Assembly (NCBI GenBank): GCA_017454745.1
Contig: JAFTCL010000048.1
Span: forward strand, 22,534 to 86,533
DNA: 64,000 nt
From: Kiritimatiellia bacterium
GTDB taxonomy: Bacteria > Verrucomicrobiota > Kiritimatiellia > RFP12 > UBA1067
Reading direction: 5' to 3'
Shown here: positions 37,420 to 47,356 of the stretch, one piece after another
How the letters are laid out: every line of letters begins with the position of its first letter
Position numbering within the stretch: the first letter of the stretch is position 1
The notes under the pieces: generated by a model
Told to the model about the DNA's origin: nothing
Databases searched by the model: none
Seen by the model: only the letters and a program-made list of their open reading frames with translations
Position numbers and translations under genes: made by a program

Positions 37420-38583
37420 ATGACGGAGTGGATGCTGATGGCCGCGTTTGCGCTGGCGGCGTTTTTTTCGGGGCGGGATGCCGAATCGCGGATGATTTGT
37501 TTTGTCGCTTGCACCACCGTGGTCGCGGGCCGTGCCGCCACCGTCGGCGGACGCGTGATCGTGGGCCACAACGAGGATGACAACGGCTGCCCGGATGTGC
37601 GCCACGGCTACGTGCCGCCGCGCTCATTCGCGCCCGGCGCGGCGATGCCGGCCGAGGCCGGCCATGCGTCCGTTCCGCAGGTGGAGCGCACCCTCGGCTT
37701 CTACTGGAGCGAATTCAAATACGTGACAAAGGGCGGGTCTTCGTTCTGCGACTCCTTTGTAAACGAAAAAGGGGTGCTGGTGTGTTCGAACAGCGCGCGG
37801 ACGGAAAACGCGTGTGACCCCGACGGGCTGGTGGACGGAGGGATAGGCTACAATCTGCGCCGGGCGGTTGCGGAGCGCGCCGTCAGCGCCAGAAACGCCG
37901 TGGAGGTATTAACCGGGCTAGTTTCCCATTGGGGGTATGCCTCGCCGGGGCGACTCTACACGGTGACCGATTCGCGGGAAGCTTGGATTGTGCAGGTGGT
38001 TTTTGGCCGCCGAAGCTGGGTGGCGAGACGGGTTCCGGATGATGAGGTGGCGCTGCTGCCGAACTGTTACACCGTGCGCAGGCTGGAGTCGGGCGATGTG
38101 TTTCCGCCTGAACTTGAGGGGCGGGGTACCGACTTTGATTTCGCCAGGACTTTTCAGAGGGAGTCGAAATGGAAAGCGCCGGTTAACCAAGGCCGTTGGC
38201 GCAATCTGGTACGGATATTCGCCGGCGTGGAGTGGCCGGACGATGATTACCCATTTAGCGTGAAGCCCAGGAATAAGGTGGACGAGGCGTTGGTGCGCAA
38301 GGCACTGGGCACGCACTTTGAAGGCACGGAGGATGAAGTACCGGTGGGGGAAGACGGCACGCGCCACGGAGAATCCCGTTTTGCTCCGGTGTGCCGCCGG
38401 ACCACAGCGGAATCAGCCGTTTACATCTTTGGGGAGAAACCTTGCGATTTGCGCGTGGCGCGTTGCAAAGGGCCGCCGTGCCTCGGACGGTACGAGACGG
38501 TATTCCCGCTGGCAAACCCGACGGTTGACCCTACAGTAGTGGAGCGTCTTGAACGTCATCATCTTCCCGACATATCGGGATGA
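37420..38583 (+). CDS. Peptidase C69-family dipeptidase (Ntn hydrolase with Cys nucleophile)
   Basis: Signal-like N-terminus, then ACTTVVAGRAATVGGRVIVGHNEDDNG, which is the C69 N-terminal nucleophile region. RBS GGGGAGG before the ATG at 37420. The tracked ORF from 36964 is over-extended. Confidence 0.6.
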   Translation: MTEWMLMAAFALAAFFSGRDAESRMICFVACTTVVAGRAATVGGRVIVGHNEDDNGCPDVRHGYVPPRSFAPGAAMPAEAGHASVPQVERTLGFYWSEFKYVTKGGSSFCDSFVNEKGVLVCSNSARTENACDPDGLVDGGIGYNLRRAVAERAVSARNAVEVLTGLVSHWGYASPGRLYTVTDSREAWIVQVVFGRRSWVARRVPDDEVALLPNCYTVRRLESGDVFPPELEGRGTDFDFARTFQRESKWKAPVNQGRWRNLVRIFAGVEWPDDDYPFSVKPRNKVDEALVRKALGTHFEGTEDEVPVGEDGTRHGESRFAPVCRRTTAESAVYIFGEKPCDLRVARCKGPPCLGRYETVFPLANPTVDPTVVERLERHHLPDISG

Positions 38584-38601
38584 TTCGGCGTTCTGCCGCC
38601 G

Positions 38602-39534
38602 TCACGTTCTTTTAGGAGCTTGCGCCACCCGGCGCAGTTTGGCTATGCCGGTGGCGAGCATTTCGTCAACCGGAAGCTTCCAGTATTCCGGGTTGAACAG
38701 TTCCAGCGAGAGCCAAGGGTAAACCGCGTTGGTTCGGAAGTGGCCAAAAATCTTCGCCATCGGGGCGATGCCGTCCCCCGGCCACACCCGGTCGCTGTCC
38801 TGGGCTTTTCCTCGCGGCGGATCCGCGGGGTAGTCGTTCATGTGGAACACTTGCGACATGGAAGAGGTGAGTGCCCGCAGATTGTCAAACCCGCTGTTCC
38901 CCATGTACATGTGGAAAACATCGGCCAAAACGCAGGCTTTGGGATGCGAGGCGGCAATTGCCACGTACAGGGCTTGCGCGAGGGTGCTGATATTGGCGGA
39001 CTTCCCCCAGAACTCGACCTGCGGTATTACCCCGGTTTTGTCTCCCAGTTCCAACACCAGGCGGTAACGTTCGGCGGCGGCGTCCAGCTCCAGTTTCACC
39101 TCTTTGTTGTAAACGCCGGCCGGCGGAGCGGCGATTCTCTGTCCGCCGATCTTGGCGACCAACTCCATGTCGCGTTTCATCTGCTCCAAACCCTTGGCGC
39201 GTTCCGCCGGATCGTTTACCGCCCATTGGGCGAATCCGATGGCGCTAACCACCTGCAAACCAGAGTCCGAGCACATCTTTCGCGCGTCTTCCAGCGCACC
39301 GGGGGTTTTTTCTGCAGCGGCAAGGTCGGACACCCACGGCTCAATTCCCTCAAACCCCGCCCGAACCGCGGCGGAAATCTGCTCTTTGAGCGGCAAACGG
39401 TAGCCACGGATGGTGGCGGTGTTGAGCGCGAAGGCAAAAGCCCGGCTGCCGTCGCGTCCGGAGGCTGCCGCGGCAACCGCCGGCATCGCCGCCGATGCGG
39501 CGGCGAGCTTGACAAATGAACGTCGGGAGATCAT
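38602..39534 (-). CDS. Tat-secreted sugar-phosphate isomerase/epimerase (xylose isomerase-like TIM barrel)
   Basis: Tat motif MISRRSFVKLAAASAA. The AP-endonuclease-2 / xylose-isomerase-like barrel pattern is present (GFEGIEPW...). Confidence 0.55.
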   Translation of the reverse strand: MISRRSFVKLAAASAAMPAVAAAASGRDGSRAFAFALNTATIRGYRLPLKEQISAAVRAGFEGIEPWVSDLAAAEKTPGALEDARKMCSDSGLQVVSAIGFAQWAVNDPAERAKGLEQMKRDMELVAKIGGQRIAAPPAGVYNKEVKLELDAAAERYRLVLELGDKTGVIPQVEFWGKSANISTLAQALYVAIAASHPKACVLADVFHMYMGNSGFDNLRALTSSMSQVFHMNDYPADPPRGKAQDSDRVWPGDGIAPMAKIFGHFRTNAVYPWLSLELFNPEYWKLPVDEMLATGIAKLRRVAQAPKRT

Positions 39535-39543
39535 GGCCGTTTT

Positions 39544-40770
39544 TTAAAGCGTTACTTTGGCGGCGTCGGCCCATGGAACCTGCGCCGCACCGGGGCCGTA
39601 GGCGATACAGAGCGCAGCGGTCGCGTCGGCGCGAATGTCGGCGAGCAGGTCTTGCTTAAACTGGCCGTTTTCGCATGCGGCGGCGACGTCAAACCATACC
39701 ACCCGTTTGCCTTGGGCGCGGAACGCCGAGTCCAGCGCCATGCGCCATTCGCGCCACGGGAATGTCTCGGGGCCGTCGCAAAGCGCGGTGGCGGCGTCGC
39801 CGATGGCGATCATCGCTTCGGTGGCTTTGGCGATGGTGGCATTGTCAGCGGTGCCGGGGATGATTTCGGCCGGATTAACCAGCGTTTGGGATAGCGCTGC
39901 GCCGCAAACCGACGCCTGTTCGCCCATTTCGCACTTTTTAATCGCGATGGTGCGGGTTACGCGCTTGGCGAGTTCGACCTCGAAGGTTGGGATGAAAAGA
40001 TCCCAACCCATCGCCAGATTGCCGCCGATCACAAATGCTTCGGTCTGGAACAGCTCCAGCCACGGGGCTACGCACTCGGCCAGGTTGGCGCCGTAACGGC
40101 GATAAATCTCCAGCGCCGCCGGGTTGCCCGCATCAGCGGCGTTCGCCACCTCTTTGCCGCCCGGCACGTCCTCGCCGGTGGCGAGTTTCCACTCTTTGAC
40201 CAGCCAGCGGGTTGAAAAGTAATCGTCGGCAATCCCGTCCTGATAGGGGATATGCCACAGTTCGCCGTCTTTGGGCACATCGTCGCCGGTGGTTTGGGGG
40301 CGGCCGTCACGGATGAAGGACGCGCCGAAACCGGTTCCGAGCGTCACCACCACGGCCCGTTTGTACCCCTTCGCCCCGCCGTTGAAATACTCGCCCAGCG
40401 CGAAACAGGCGGCGTCGTTGTTAAACACCACCGGCTTGTCGGCTCCGAGGGCATGGCAGAGGTACTGGCGGAAATTCACGCCGAAGAGCTGTTCGTACTT
40501 GTTCTGCTGCGGGGTGATTCGGCAGATGCCTTCGGGGTAGTTGAACGGTCCGGGGAAGGCCAGCCCAACCCCGAGGATATTGTCACGGCCCACGGTGTCG
40601 GCGATTTCGCGGATAGCCTGGTCGAACACCTCAAGCACTTTGGTCGGCTCGACATGGGTGTTGAGCGGTTTGCGCAGCGACATTCCTTCGAGGATTGCGA
40701 AAGTTTCCGAATCCACCAGGTTTAGCGTGATGTGGGAACCACCGACATCCACTCCAAGATAATAAGCCAT
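39544..40770 (-). CDS. ROK-family sugar kinase or regulator with a ~100-aa C-terminal extension
   Basis: MAYYLGVDVGGSHITLNLV ATP-binding N-terminus; ROK-like core. A start further upstream at 40995 is possible but less likely. Confidence 0.55.
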   Translation of the reverse strand: MAYYLGVDVGGSHITLNLVDSETFAILEGMSLRKPLNTHVEPTKVLEVFDQAIREIADTVGRDNILGVGLAFPGPFNYPEGICRITPQQNKYEQLFGVNFRQYLCHALGADKPVVFNNDAACFALGEYFNGGAKGYKRAVVVTLGTGFGASFIRDGRPQTTGDDVPKDGELWHIPYQDGIADDYFSTRWLVKEWKLATGEDVPGGKEVANAADAGNPAALEIYRRYGANLAECVAPWLELFQTEAFVIGGNLAMGWDLFIPTFEVELAKRVTRTIAIKKCEMGEQASVCGAALSQTLVNPAEIIPGTADNATIAKATEAMIAIGDAATALCDGPETFPWREWRMALDSAFRAQGKRVVWFDVAAACENGQFKQDLLADIRADATAALCIAYGPGAAQVPWADAAKVTL

Positions 40771-40862
40771 CCTAACTCTCCTTATTGTAGTTTTGCGCGT
40801 TGCGCCGGATCGTGTCCTAAACAAAAAAGGGGTCCCGCCGTTATTGGCGAGACCCTTCAAAC

Positions 40863-41042
40863 TCAATCGAACCGATTCAGATAACCGCTCGGAAGCGGCA
40901 TGGTTCCCTCCCATGCTGACGGGGCGGACCACGGCATATCCGTTTCCGCCGGGCGGCTGGCCATGCAACCTGCCGCCGCCAGCAACGCTGTACATGACAG
41001 CGCGGCGAGGGCGCGGGCGACGGTCTTAGAAGAAGACCACAT
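40863..41042 (-). CDS. Possible small lipoprotein (~59 aa)
   Basis: MWSSSKTVARALAALSCTALLAAAGC: a signal peptide plus a lipobox-like LAAAGC. Overlaps the 3' end of the neighbouring gene by ~17 nt. Weak evidence. Confidence 0.25.
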   Translation of the reverse strand: MWSSSKTVARALAALSCTALLAAAGCMASRPAETDMPWSAPSAWEGTMPLPSGYLNRFD

Positions 41043-42162
41043 CACCCTTCTCCACAGCGGTCTGCTGCCAATCATTCAAGATGTCCGCCACCACGATATT
41101 CTTGCCGCGAACCGCCTGGCGCAGTTTAATGCGGGTAACGAACTCGCCGGAAGCGCTCTGGCGGCCCGCACGGCGGATACTCATTTCCAGCTGCGGCAGC
41201 GGATTCTCGCGCTCCGGACCCATCATTTCGGCGATGGCGGCCGGGGAGAACTCGATGATGCAGAACTTCATCTCGTCGTTGGCGGAGATGATCTTGCCCT
41301 TGTCGCCGGCCGTCATCTGCGCGGCGGCAACCGCGCCGTCTACATACTGACCGGGACGGTCGTTGGTGCCGTTCAGGCGCTTTTTCATCTCCTCAATCGT
41401 CTTCTGGGCGTTTGCCAAGTCGTCGGTGAGGGTCAGCTTATCCTCATTCAGCTTCTCGACTTCGTTCTTGGTCTCCGCCAGCTCGGCGGTCAGCTCTTTC
41501 TTCTCGTTGTTCAGCTTGGCGATACGGCCTTCGAGGACTTCCTTTTCGTCGTTCAAACGGACAATGTCAGCTTTGCGCTCGGTCAAGTCCTTCTTGACCA
41601 GACGGCCGTCAATCTTCAGCTTGTTGATTTCTTCAACCGCGGTGGTGAAGCGGTCGCGCATCTTGTGAAGTTCGCCGCGGGTTTTGTTCAGGTTAGCCTG
41701 CTGAGCCTTCGCCCGGTCAAACACCTTGTCCAGCAGCTCGGCCATCGTGCCCTCGCCGGTCGTGGACGGCTTCTGGGTGAGCGAATCCAGCACGTACTTG
41801 CCATCGGTGCCGACCTTATAGAAGGTACGGAGCTGGCTGCGGGAGTCGTTGTCGCCGATTTCGAACGTGGGCTGATTCTCCGATTCCAGCTGAAGCGCGT
41901 AACCCTCCAGCGGGGAATCGGTTTCCGGGTTGTCCAGTACCCGGTCTTCCACCGCTGAGACGTCCTGTTTCAGCTCCGGAGCGGTCTGCTCCTCCGCGTT
42001 CTTCATCTCAATCGTCTTGGCCAGCTTTACGATGCTCTCTTCCAACGCATAGTTGCGCTGCATCAACAGCTCACGCTTGCCGAACAGCAAGTTCGCAAAA
42101 ACCAAAGCGGCAATACTCAGTGCCAAAATTACAAAAACCAAACCACGTAGTGCATTACCCAT
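41026..42162 (-). CDS. Membrane-anchored coiled-coil protein (hypothetical)
   Basis: N-terminal transmembrane helix LRGLVFVILALSIAALVFANLLF, followed by ~250 aa of K/E-rich heptad coiled coil. Confidence 0.5.
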   Translation of the reverse strand: MGNALRGLVFVILALSIAALVFANLLFGKRELLMQRNYALEESIVKLAKTIEMKNAEEQTAPELKQDVSAVEDRVLDNPETDSPLEGYALQLESENQPTFEIGDNDSRSQLRTFYKVGTDGKYVLDSLTQKPSTTGEGTMAELLDKVFDRAKAQQANLNKTRGELHKMRDRFTTAVEEINKLKIDGRLVKKDLTERKADIVRLNDEKEVLEGRIAKLNNEKKELTAELAETKNEVEKLNEDKLTLTDDLANAQKTIEEMKKRLNGTNDRPGQYVDGAVAAAQMTAGDKGKIISANDEMKFCIIEFSPAAIAEMMGPERENPLPQLEMSIRRAGRQSASGEFVTRIKLRQAVRGKNIVVADILNDWQQTAVEKGDVVFF

Positions 42163-42398
42163 CGCAATAACCTCAAATGCTGTTATTCAACACTCCTAGC
42201 TACACTCATGTGTACGGGAATAATTTACCCCATTAGCGGTGCAAACTGCAACCTTAAAATGATAAAAATGTGAAAAAAAATGTTCGATGAGTCTAAATTG
42301 CCATTTTTTACCCCAAATCGGTGAAATCGGGCGTGACTTTTGGGCGCAAATCTCACATAATATAAGAGTTCTTTCAGTTTATTAGGAGAAGTGTCCGA

Positions 42399-44258
42399 AT
42401 GAAACAGACGAAAACTTCCGGAACCGCTGCCGGGAAAACGCGGATCCGAATCACCGACACCACTTTGCGCGACGCGCACCAGTCGCTTTGGGCGACCCGG
42501 TTGCGCACAGACGATATCCTTGCCATTGCCGAGGCGGTTGACCGGGCCGGCTATTATTCGCTGGAGTGCTGGGGCGGGGCGACTTTCGACGTTTGCATGC
42601 GTTTCCTGCGCGAGAATCCTTGGGAGCGGCTCCGCCAAATCAAGGCCGTGTGCAAAAACACGCCGTTGCAAATGCTGCTACGCGGCCAGAACCTGCTGGG
42701 GTACAAGCACTATCCCGATGATGTGGTGGAGCGCTTCGTCGCTTTGGCCTGCGAAAACGGCATGGACATCTTCCGGGTCTTTGACGCGCTGAACGACCCA
42801 CGCAATCTGGAAAAGGCGATTTCGTCGGTCAAGAAATACGGCGGGCACGCCCAGGGCACCATCAGCTACACCACCAGCCCGGTCCATACCGTTGAGAGTT
42901 TTGTCCAGTTGGCGAAGCAGATGGAGTCGATGGGCATCGACTCGCTGTGCATCAAGGATATGGCGGGTATCATGACTCCCGCCGAGGCGTCCACGCTGGT
43001 CGGGGCGCTGGTCAAGTCGATCAAGGTCCCGGTTCAGGTTCATTCCCACATGACCAGCGGTATGGCGGCGGCGATGTATCTCTCGGCGGTCAAGGCCGGC
43101 GCCGGCGCGGTTGACACCGCGATTTCCACCATGTCCAGCTTTTCCTCCCAGCCGCCCACCGAGACTATGGCGGCGATTTTCGAGGCCGAAGGATACGACA
43201 CCAACCTTGACCACGCCAAGCTGGCGGAAATCAACGCCTATTTTAGAGGGCTTAAGAAGGACCGCGCTCCTCGCACCACTGCCACCGAGCCGGTTGACGC
43301 CGGGGTGCTGGAACACAAGATTCCCGGCGGCATGATTTCCAACCTCCGTTCCCAGCTTGACCAGCAGGGGGCGCTGGATCGGTTGCAAGAGGTGATGGAC
43401 GAGCTTCCCAAGACCCGCGCCGACATGGGATATCCGCCGTTGGTGACCCCCACCAGCCAGATTGTAGGCATCCAGTCGGTGCTGAATGTGCTGCAGGGCC
43501 GTTACAAGATGGTTACCCAGGAGACCAAGAATTACGTCAAGGGCCTCTACGGCCGCGCACCGGCTCCGATCAACCCCAAAGTGGCAAAGAAGATCCTTGG
43601 CGGCGAGAAGCCGATTACCTGCCGCCCGGCGGATCTGCTGAAACCGGGTTTGGCCGAGGCCGCAAACCAATTGGAACCCAAGCTGGTTCAAAAGGAAGAG
43701 GATATCCTTTCTTATTGCCTCTTCCCGGAGGTGGCTCTCGGCTACTTCAAGTGGCGCGCCCAGCCCGAAGGCCAGCGCGACCCGATCCCCGCCGATTTGG
43801 AGCGCCAGTCCGCTCCGGCGGCGGCCCCGGCTCCCGCGTCGGCTCCGGCGGCTGACGAGTCAACCGAGCGATTCGCCGAGATCGGCCAGTTGGTGGCGGA
43901 ATTGGCGAACCGCCTTGGCATGACCGCCGGATCCGTTCCCGCCGCGCCGTTGCCCAAGAAGTCGGCTCCGGCCCCCGAGGCGGTGCCCGCTCCGGCGGCA
44001 GAGAAGCCGGACGAAGTTTCCGGTCCGACCGTCAATGCCCCGTTCAACGGCACTTTCTTCCGTTCCGACGGCCCCGGCAAGCCGGAGTTGGCCCAAGAGG
44101 GCGGCGCGGTTAAGGCCGGCGATTCGGTATGCGTGATCGAGGCGATGAAGATGTTCAACCCGATTAAGGCTGACAAGCCGCTGACCGTGGTCAAATTCCT
44201 GGTCAAGCACGGCGACAACGTCGCCAAAGGCCAGCCTTTGGCGGTGGTTAAGTATTAA
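42399..44258 (+). CDS. Biotin-dependent carboxyltransferase: oxaloacetate decarboxylase alpha subunit or pyruvate carboxylase subunit B-like (5S carboxyltransferase + biotinyl domain)
   Basis: Pyruvate carboxyltransferase TIM-barrel N-terminus (RITDTTLRDAHQS, VHSHMTSGMA), an Ala/Pro-rich linker, and a C-terminal biotin attachment motif EAMKM. Confidence 0.75.
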   Translation: MKQTKTSGTAAGKTRIRITDTTLRDAHQSLWATRLRTDDILAIAEAVDRAGYYSLECWGGATFDVCMRFLRENPWERLRQIKAVCKNTPLQMLLRGQNLLGYKHYPDDVVERFVALACENGMDIFRVFDALNDPRNLEKAISSVKKYGGHAQGTISYTTSPVHTVESFVQLAKQMESMGIDSLCIKDMAGIMTPAEASTLVGALVKSIKVPVQVHSHMTSGMAAAMYLSAVKAGAGAVDTAISTMSSFSSQPPTETMAAIFEAEGYDTNLDHAKLAEINAYFRGLKKDRAPRTTATEPVDAGVLEHKIPGGMISNLRSQLDQQGALDRLQEVMDELPKTRADMGYPPLVTPTSQIVGIQSVLNVLQGRYKMVTQETKNYVKGLYGRAPAPINPKVAKKILGGEKPITCRPADLLKPGLAEAANQLEPKLVQKEEDILSYCLFPEVALGYFKWRAQPEGQRDPIPADLERQSAPAAAPAPASAPAADESTERFAEIGQLVAELANRLGMTAGSVPAAPLPKKSAPAPEAVPAPAAEKPDEVSGPTVNAPFNGTFFRSDGPGKPELAQEGGAVKAGDSVCVIEAMKMFNPIKADKPLTVVKFLVKHGDNVAKGQPLAVVKY

Positions 44259-46043
44259 TTGGGCTTCGGGGTTGAAGGAGGTGCGTTTTTGGCTCCGAGG
44301 TCTTGGATAACCCCGGATTTTGACATAGCCGCCGCAGACCGGCTGGCGGCGGAGCTTGATTTGCCGAAGCCGCTGGCCGGAATATTGGTTAAACGGGAAA
44401 TATCCGACCCGGCGGCTGCCAGAAAATTCCTTAACCCCAATTTTCGCGATCTGGTGCCGCCGGACGCCTTGCCCGGTGTCAGCGATGCCGTCCGGTTGAT
44501 TTGGAACGGTATCCGTTCCAACGCACATTTCGTGGTGTTCGGCGATTTTGACACCGACGGGGTCTGTTCCACCGCCATTATGGTGCGGATTTTGCGGCTG
44601 CTCGGGGCCCGGGCGGACCATTTCCTGCCACAGCGCCAGACCGAAGGGTATGGTCTCACCCCGGCGGCGATCGGCCGTTGCCGTGCCGAATGCGGCGATC
44701 CCGATTTTTGGATTACCGTCGATTGCGGCATCACCGCCGTGGACGAGGTCGCGGCGTTGAAGAAACTCGGTTGCCGCGTGGTGTTGACCGACCACCACCA
44801 ACGTATCGAGCGGTTGCCGGAGCCGGACGCGCTGATCGACCCGACGTTGCCCGGAACCCCGGAGCCGTTGCGATATCTTTGCGGGGCGGGGGTGGCGTTC
44901 AAACTGGCGCAAGCCTTGGTTGAATATGGCCGCACCAATGGTTGGTATTCTGACAACAGAAGTATCGCCAAACGGATAATAGCCGAAGTGGCGGTAGCCA
45001 CCGTGGCGGACATCGTTCCGCTGGTGGGGGAAAACCGCATTATCGTCTCCAATGTCACCAATCGCTGGGGTTCCTTCCATACCAACGGGCTGGACCGGCT
45101 GCTTGCCCACCGGAACAAGGGTGGCGACCCCGATACCGAGACCTTCGGGTTTTTCGTCGGCCCGATGATTAACGCCGCCGGACGGATGGAGTCGGCGGAG
45201 ATTGCCTATCAACTGCTTTCCACCGACAATCCCGACCTTGCCCAACAGTTGGCGAGGAAGATGGCGGAGCTTAACCGCTGTCGCAAAGAGACCGAGGGCG
45301 AGATTTTTGACGCCGCCATGTGCGGTTGCGGTTTGGACGGTTACACGGAATCCCCGTCGGCCGCCGTGGTTGTCGCCCGGCACGGCTGGCACAAGGGCGT
45401 GATCGGGATTGTGGCGGCGCGGTTGTGCGAAAAATTCTGCCGCCCCGCCGCGGTGGCGGTGTTTGATACGCCTGATGAATCTAACGCGGTCGCTCGCGGT
45501 TCGGTCCGGGCGGGGGCAGGGTATAACGTGGTGGCGGCGCTGTCAGAAACCGCCGACCTGTTGAGCATGTTCGGTGGCCACGAAAGGGCGGGCGGTTTTA
45601 CGGTAAAACCCGGAAAATTCCCCGAATTCCGCCAGCGTTTTGAGGCCGTTTGCCGGGCGCAGCGCGCCGTTGCCAAGGTGGAGACCGAGTCATTGGTCGT
45701 GGACGGTATCCTAGCGCCAGACCGCTTGACGCTGGAATTTTACCGCGAACAACAGCGGCTCGCGCCGTTCGGTTTCGGCAACCCCAAACCGTGCTGGGCG
45801 GTCGCAAACGCGAGAATCGACCGGATCAACAAAATCGGTGCAGACGAAAAACACCTTTCGCTCACGGTTGCCGCCGGCAAACATAAGTTTCGCGCCGTCT
45901 GGTTCAACCGCGGCGAAGATGCGGATAAGTATCGCTGCGGCGATTTGGCGGATATCGCGTTTGAACTCGCGATAGACGATTACATGGGTGACCAGTCAAT
46001 CGAACTGCTGGTAAAAGACATCATTAGCCATACCGACAAATAG
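44259..46043 (+). CDS. recJ: Single-stranded-DNA-specific exonuclease RecJ
   Basis: DHH motifs (FGDFDTDGVCS, LTDHH) and DHHA1 (GGHERAGGF). The true start may be the TTG at ~44289 after a GGAGG RBS. Confidence 0.8.
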   Translation: MGFGVEGGAFLAPRSWITPDFDIAAADRLAAELDLPKPLAGILVKREISDPAAARKFLNPNFRDLVPPDALPGVSDAVRLIWNGIRSNAHFVVFGDFDTDGVCSTAIMVRILRLLGARADHFLPQRQTEGYGLTPAAIGRCRAECGDPDFWITVDCGITAVDEVAALKKLGCRVVLTDHHQRIERLPEPDALIDPTLPGTPEPLRYLCGAGVAFKLAQALVEYGRTNGWYSDNRSIAKRIIAEVAVATVADIVPLVGENRIIVSNVTNRWGSFHTNGLDRLLAHRNKGGDPDTETFGFFVGPMINAAGRMESAEIAYQLLSTDNPDLAQQLARKMAELNRCRKETEGEIFDAAMCGCGLDGYTESPSAAVVVARHGWHKGVIGIVAARLCEKFCRPAAVAVFDTPDESNAVARGSVRAGAGYNVVAALSETADLLSMFGGHERAGGFTVKPGKFPEFRQRFEAVCRAQRAVAKVETESLVVDGILAPDRLTLEFYREQQRLAPFGFGNPKPCWAVANARIDRINKIGADEKHLSLTVAAGKHKFRAVWFNRGEDADKYRCGDLADIAFELAIDDYMGDQSIELLVKDIISHTDK

Positions 46044-46051
46044 AGACGACC

Positions 46052-47356
46052 CTATCCGCGGGTTACCTGACTAATCACCGACTCCACGGTCATCGATTCG
46101 TCCGCCGCCCGCACAAAGCTGAACTTGAACGCCTCACCGCCCGGCGGCACGTCCAGCACCACGTGTTTCGGCTCGTACAGCGTTTCCGGGATATCTTTGA
46201 TCCAAGCTTTCCCGGCGTCTTCCTTCCGGCGTTCCTTGGTGAACACGCCCGGACATAGCAAACGCGGCTCCGGGTAAAGGTTGCGGTCCGCTAACCGCTC
46301 CATCGTGTCGGCGGTCATGTGCAGCTGATCCCACATGCAGGCGACGTAAACCTGTCCTTTTAGCGCTTTTACCAGTCCGGGGAACATCGAGTGGTGGCCG
46401 TGGTGATTGACCTTGACCACATTCGCCGTGCCGCAGGCTTCGGCCATCAGGTCCTCAATCTGCACCGCCGTCCCGTCCGCCTTTTTAATGCGGTCGGAAA
46501 AGTCCCCGGCGGTGTAGAAACGGAATTTTCCGTAGTTGAAGACCATCCCCAGCGACATTCCGTTTTCATTAAGTGCTTTCGGGTGGTTGCGCTCGATCAG
46601 GTCTTTGTACAAGTCTTTTATCGTGCCGTCCGGCAGCATGATTCTGCCATTGGCGCAAAGCGGACGGATACTGAACCCGTCGGTTTTTTCATGCAGCGGA
46701 TTCAGCTGGGCGGAACCTTTCTCCAACCGGAATTTTTCGACCTTTGATCCGCGCCGGATCATCTCTTGGTAAACTTCCTTGAGGTTGGCGCACATGTGGC
46801 TGTCGTCATTGTCCAGCTTGACGATCGGGTCGTCGTAGGTCGGGTACGCGCGGTCTATCGCCTTGCCGATATCCAGAAAGTCGATTGCCTGCCCCAACCC
46901 GGATTTGTAATATTTCCCGTTTTCCGACAGTCCCGCATGGTAGGAACGCGACCCTCCGTGGTCGGAGTGGTAGTGCGAGAGCATGAAGTAATCGACCTTG
47001 CGCCCGTTGGGGTTTACCCGGGTTACGTACCGGGAAATCCATTCGCCCGCGTGGCGCGACATATCCGGCAGGATCGGTATTTGCTTTTCCCCGCGCATGT
47101 GCGCCGGATGGTCCCCGACATCCAGCAGCAGCGTGGTGCCGTCGGGATAGATCATAAACATCGATTCCGCCACCCCGGTGTAAATGAAATGCACTTGGAA
47201 GTGGCCTTTTTCCCATCGTCCCAGCGGTTTGCCGACGGCGGGATCCGCCTCGCCCTCGGCGAATGCCTTCATGAAATCCGCCAATACTGCGGTTACTGTC
47301 GCTGCTACCGAATGTTTGACAAAAGCCCTGCGCCGCATAAATGCCTCCCTTTTCAT
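46052..47356 (-). CDS. Tat-secreted MBL-fold metallo-hydrolase
   Basis: Tat-like MRRRAFVKHSVAATV and the HxHxDH motif LSHYHSDHGG. Overlaps the upstream cdd by 4 nt, suggesting an operon. Confidence 0.6.
   Translation of the reverse strand: MKREAFMRRRAFVKHSVAATVTAVLADFMKAFAEGEADPAVGKPLGRWEKGHFQVHFIYTGVAESMFMIYPDGTTLLLDVGDHPAHMRGEKQIPILPDMSRHAGEWISRYVTRVNPNGRKVDYFMLSHYHSDHGGSRSYHAGLSENGKYYKSGLGQAIDFLDIGKAIDRAYPTYDDPIVKLDNDDSHMCANLKEVYQEMIRRGSKVEKFRLEKGSAQLNPLHEKTDGFSIRPLCANGRIMLPDGTIKDLYKDLIERNHPKALNENGMSLGMVFNYGKFRFYTAGDFSDRIKKADGTAVQIEDLMAEACGTANVVKVNHHGHHSMFPGLVKALKGQVYVACMWDQLHMTADTMERLADRNLYPEPRLLCPGVFTKERRKEDAGKAWIKDIPETLYEPKHVVLDVPPGGEAFKFSFVRAADESMTVESVISQVTRG

Noticed and set aside
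43860-45392. 510-aa minus ORF spanning oadA and recJ
   Set aside because: Antisense shadow. It crosses a gene boundary, which is implausible for a real gene.
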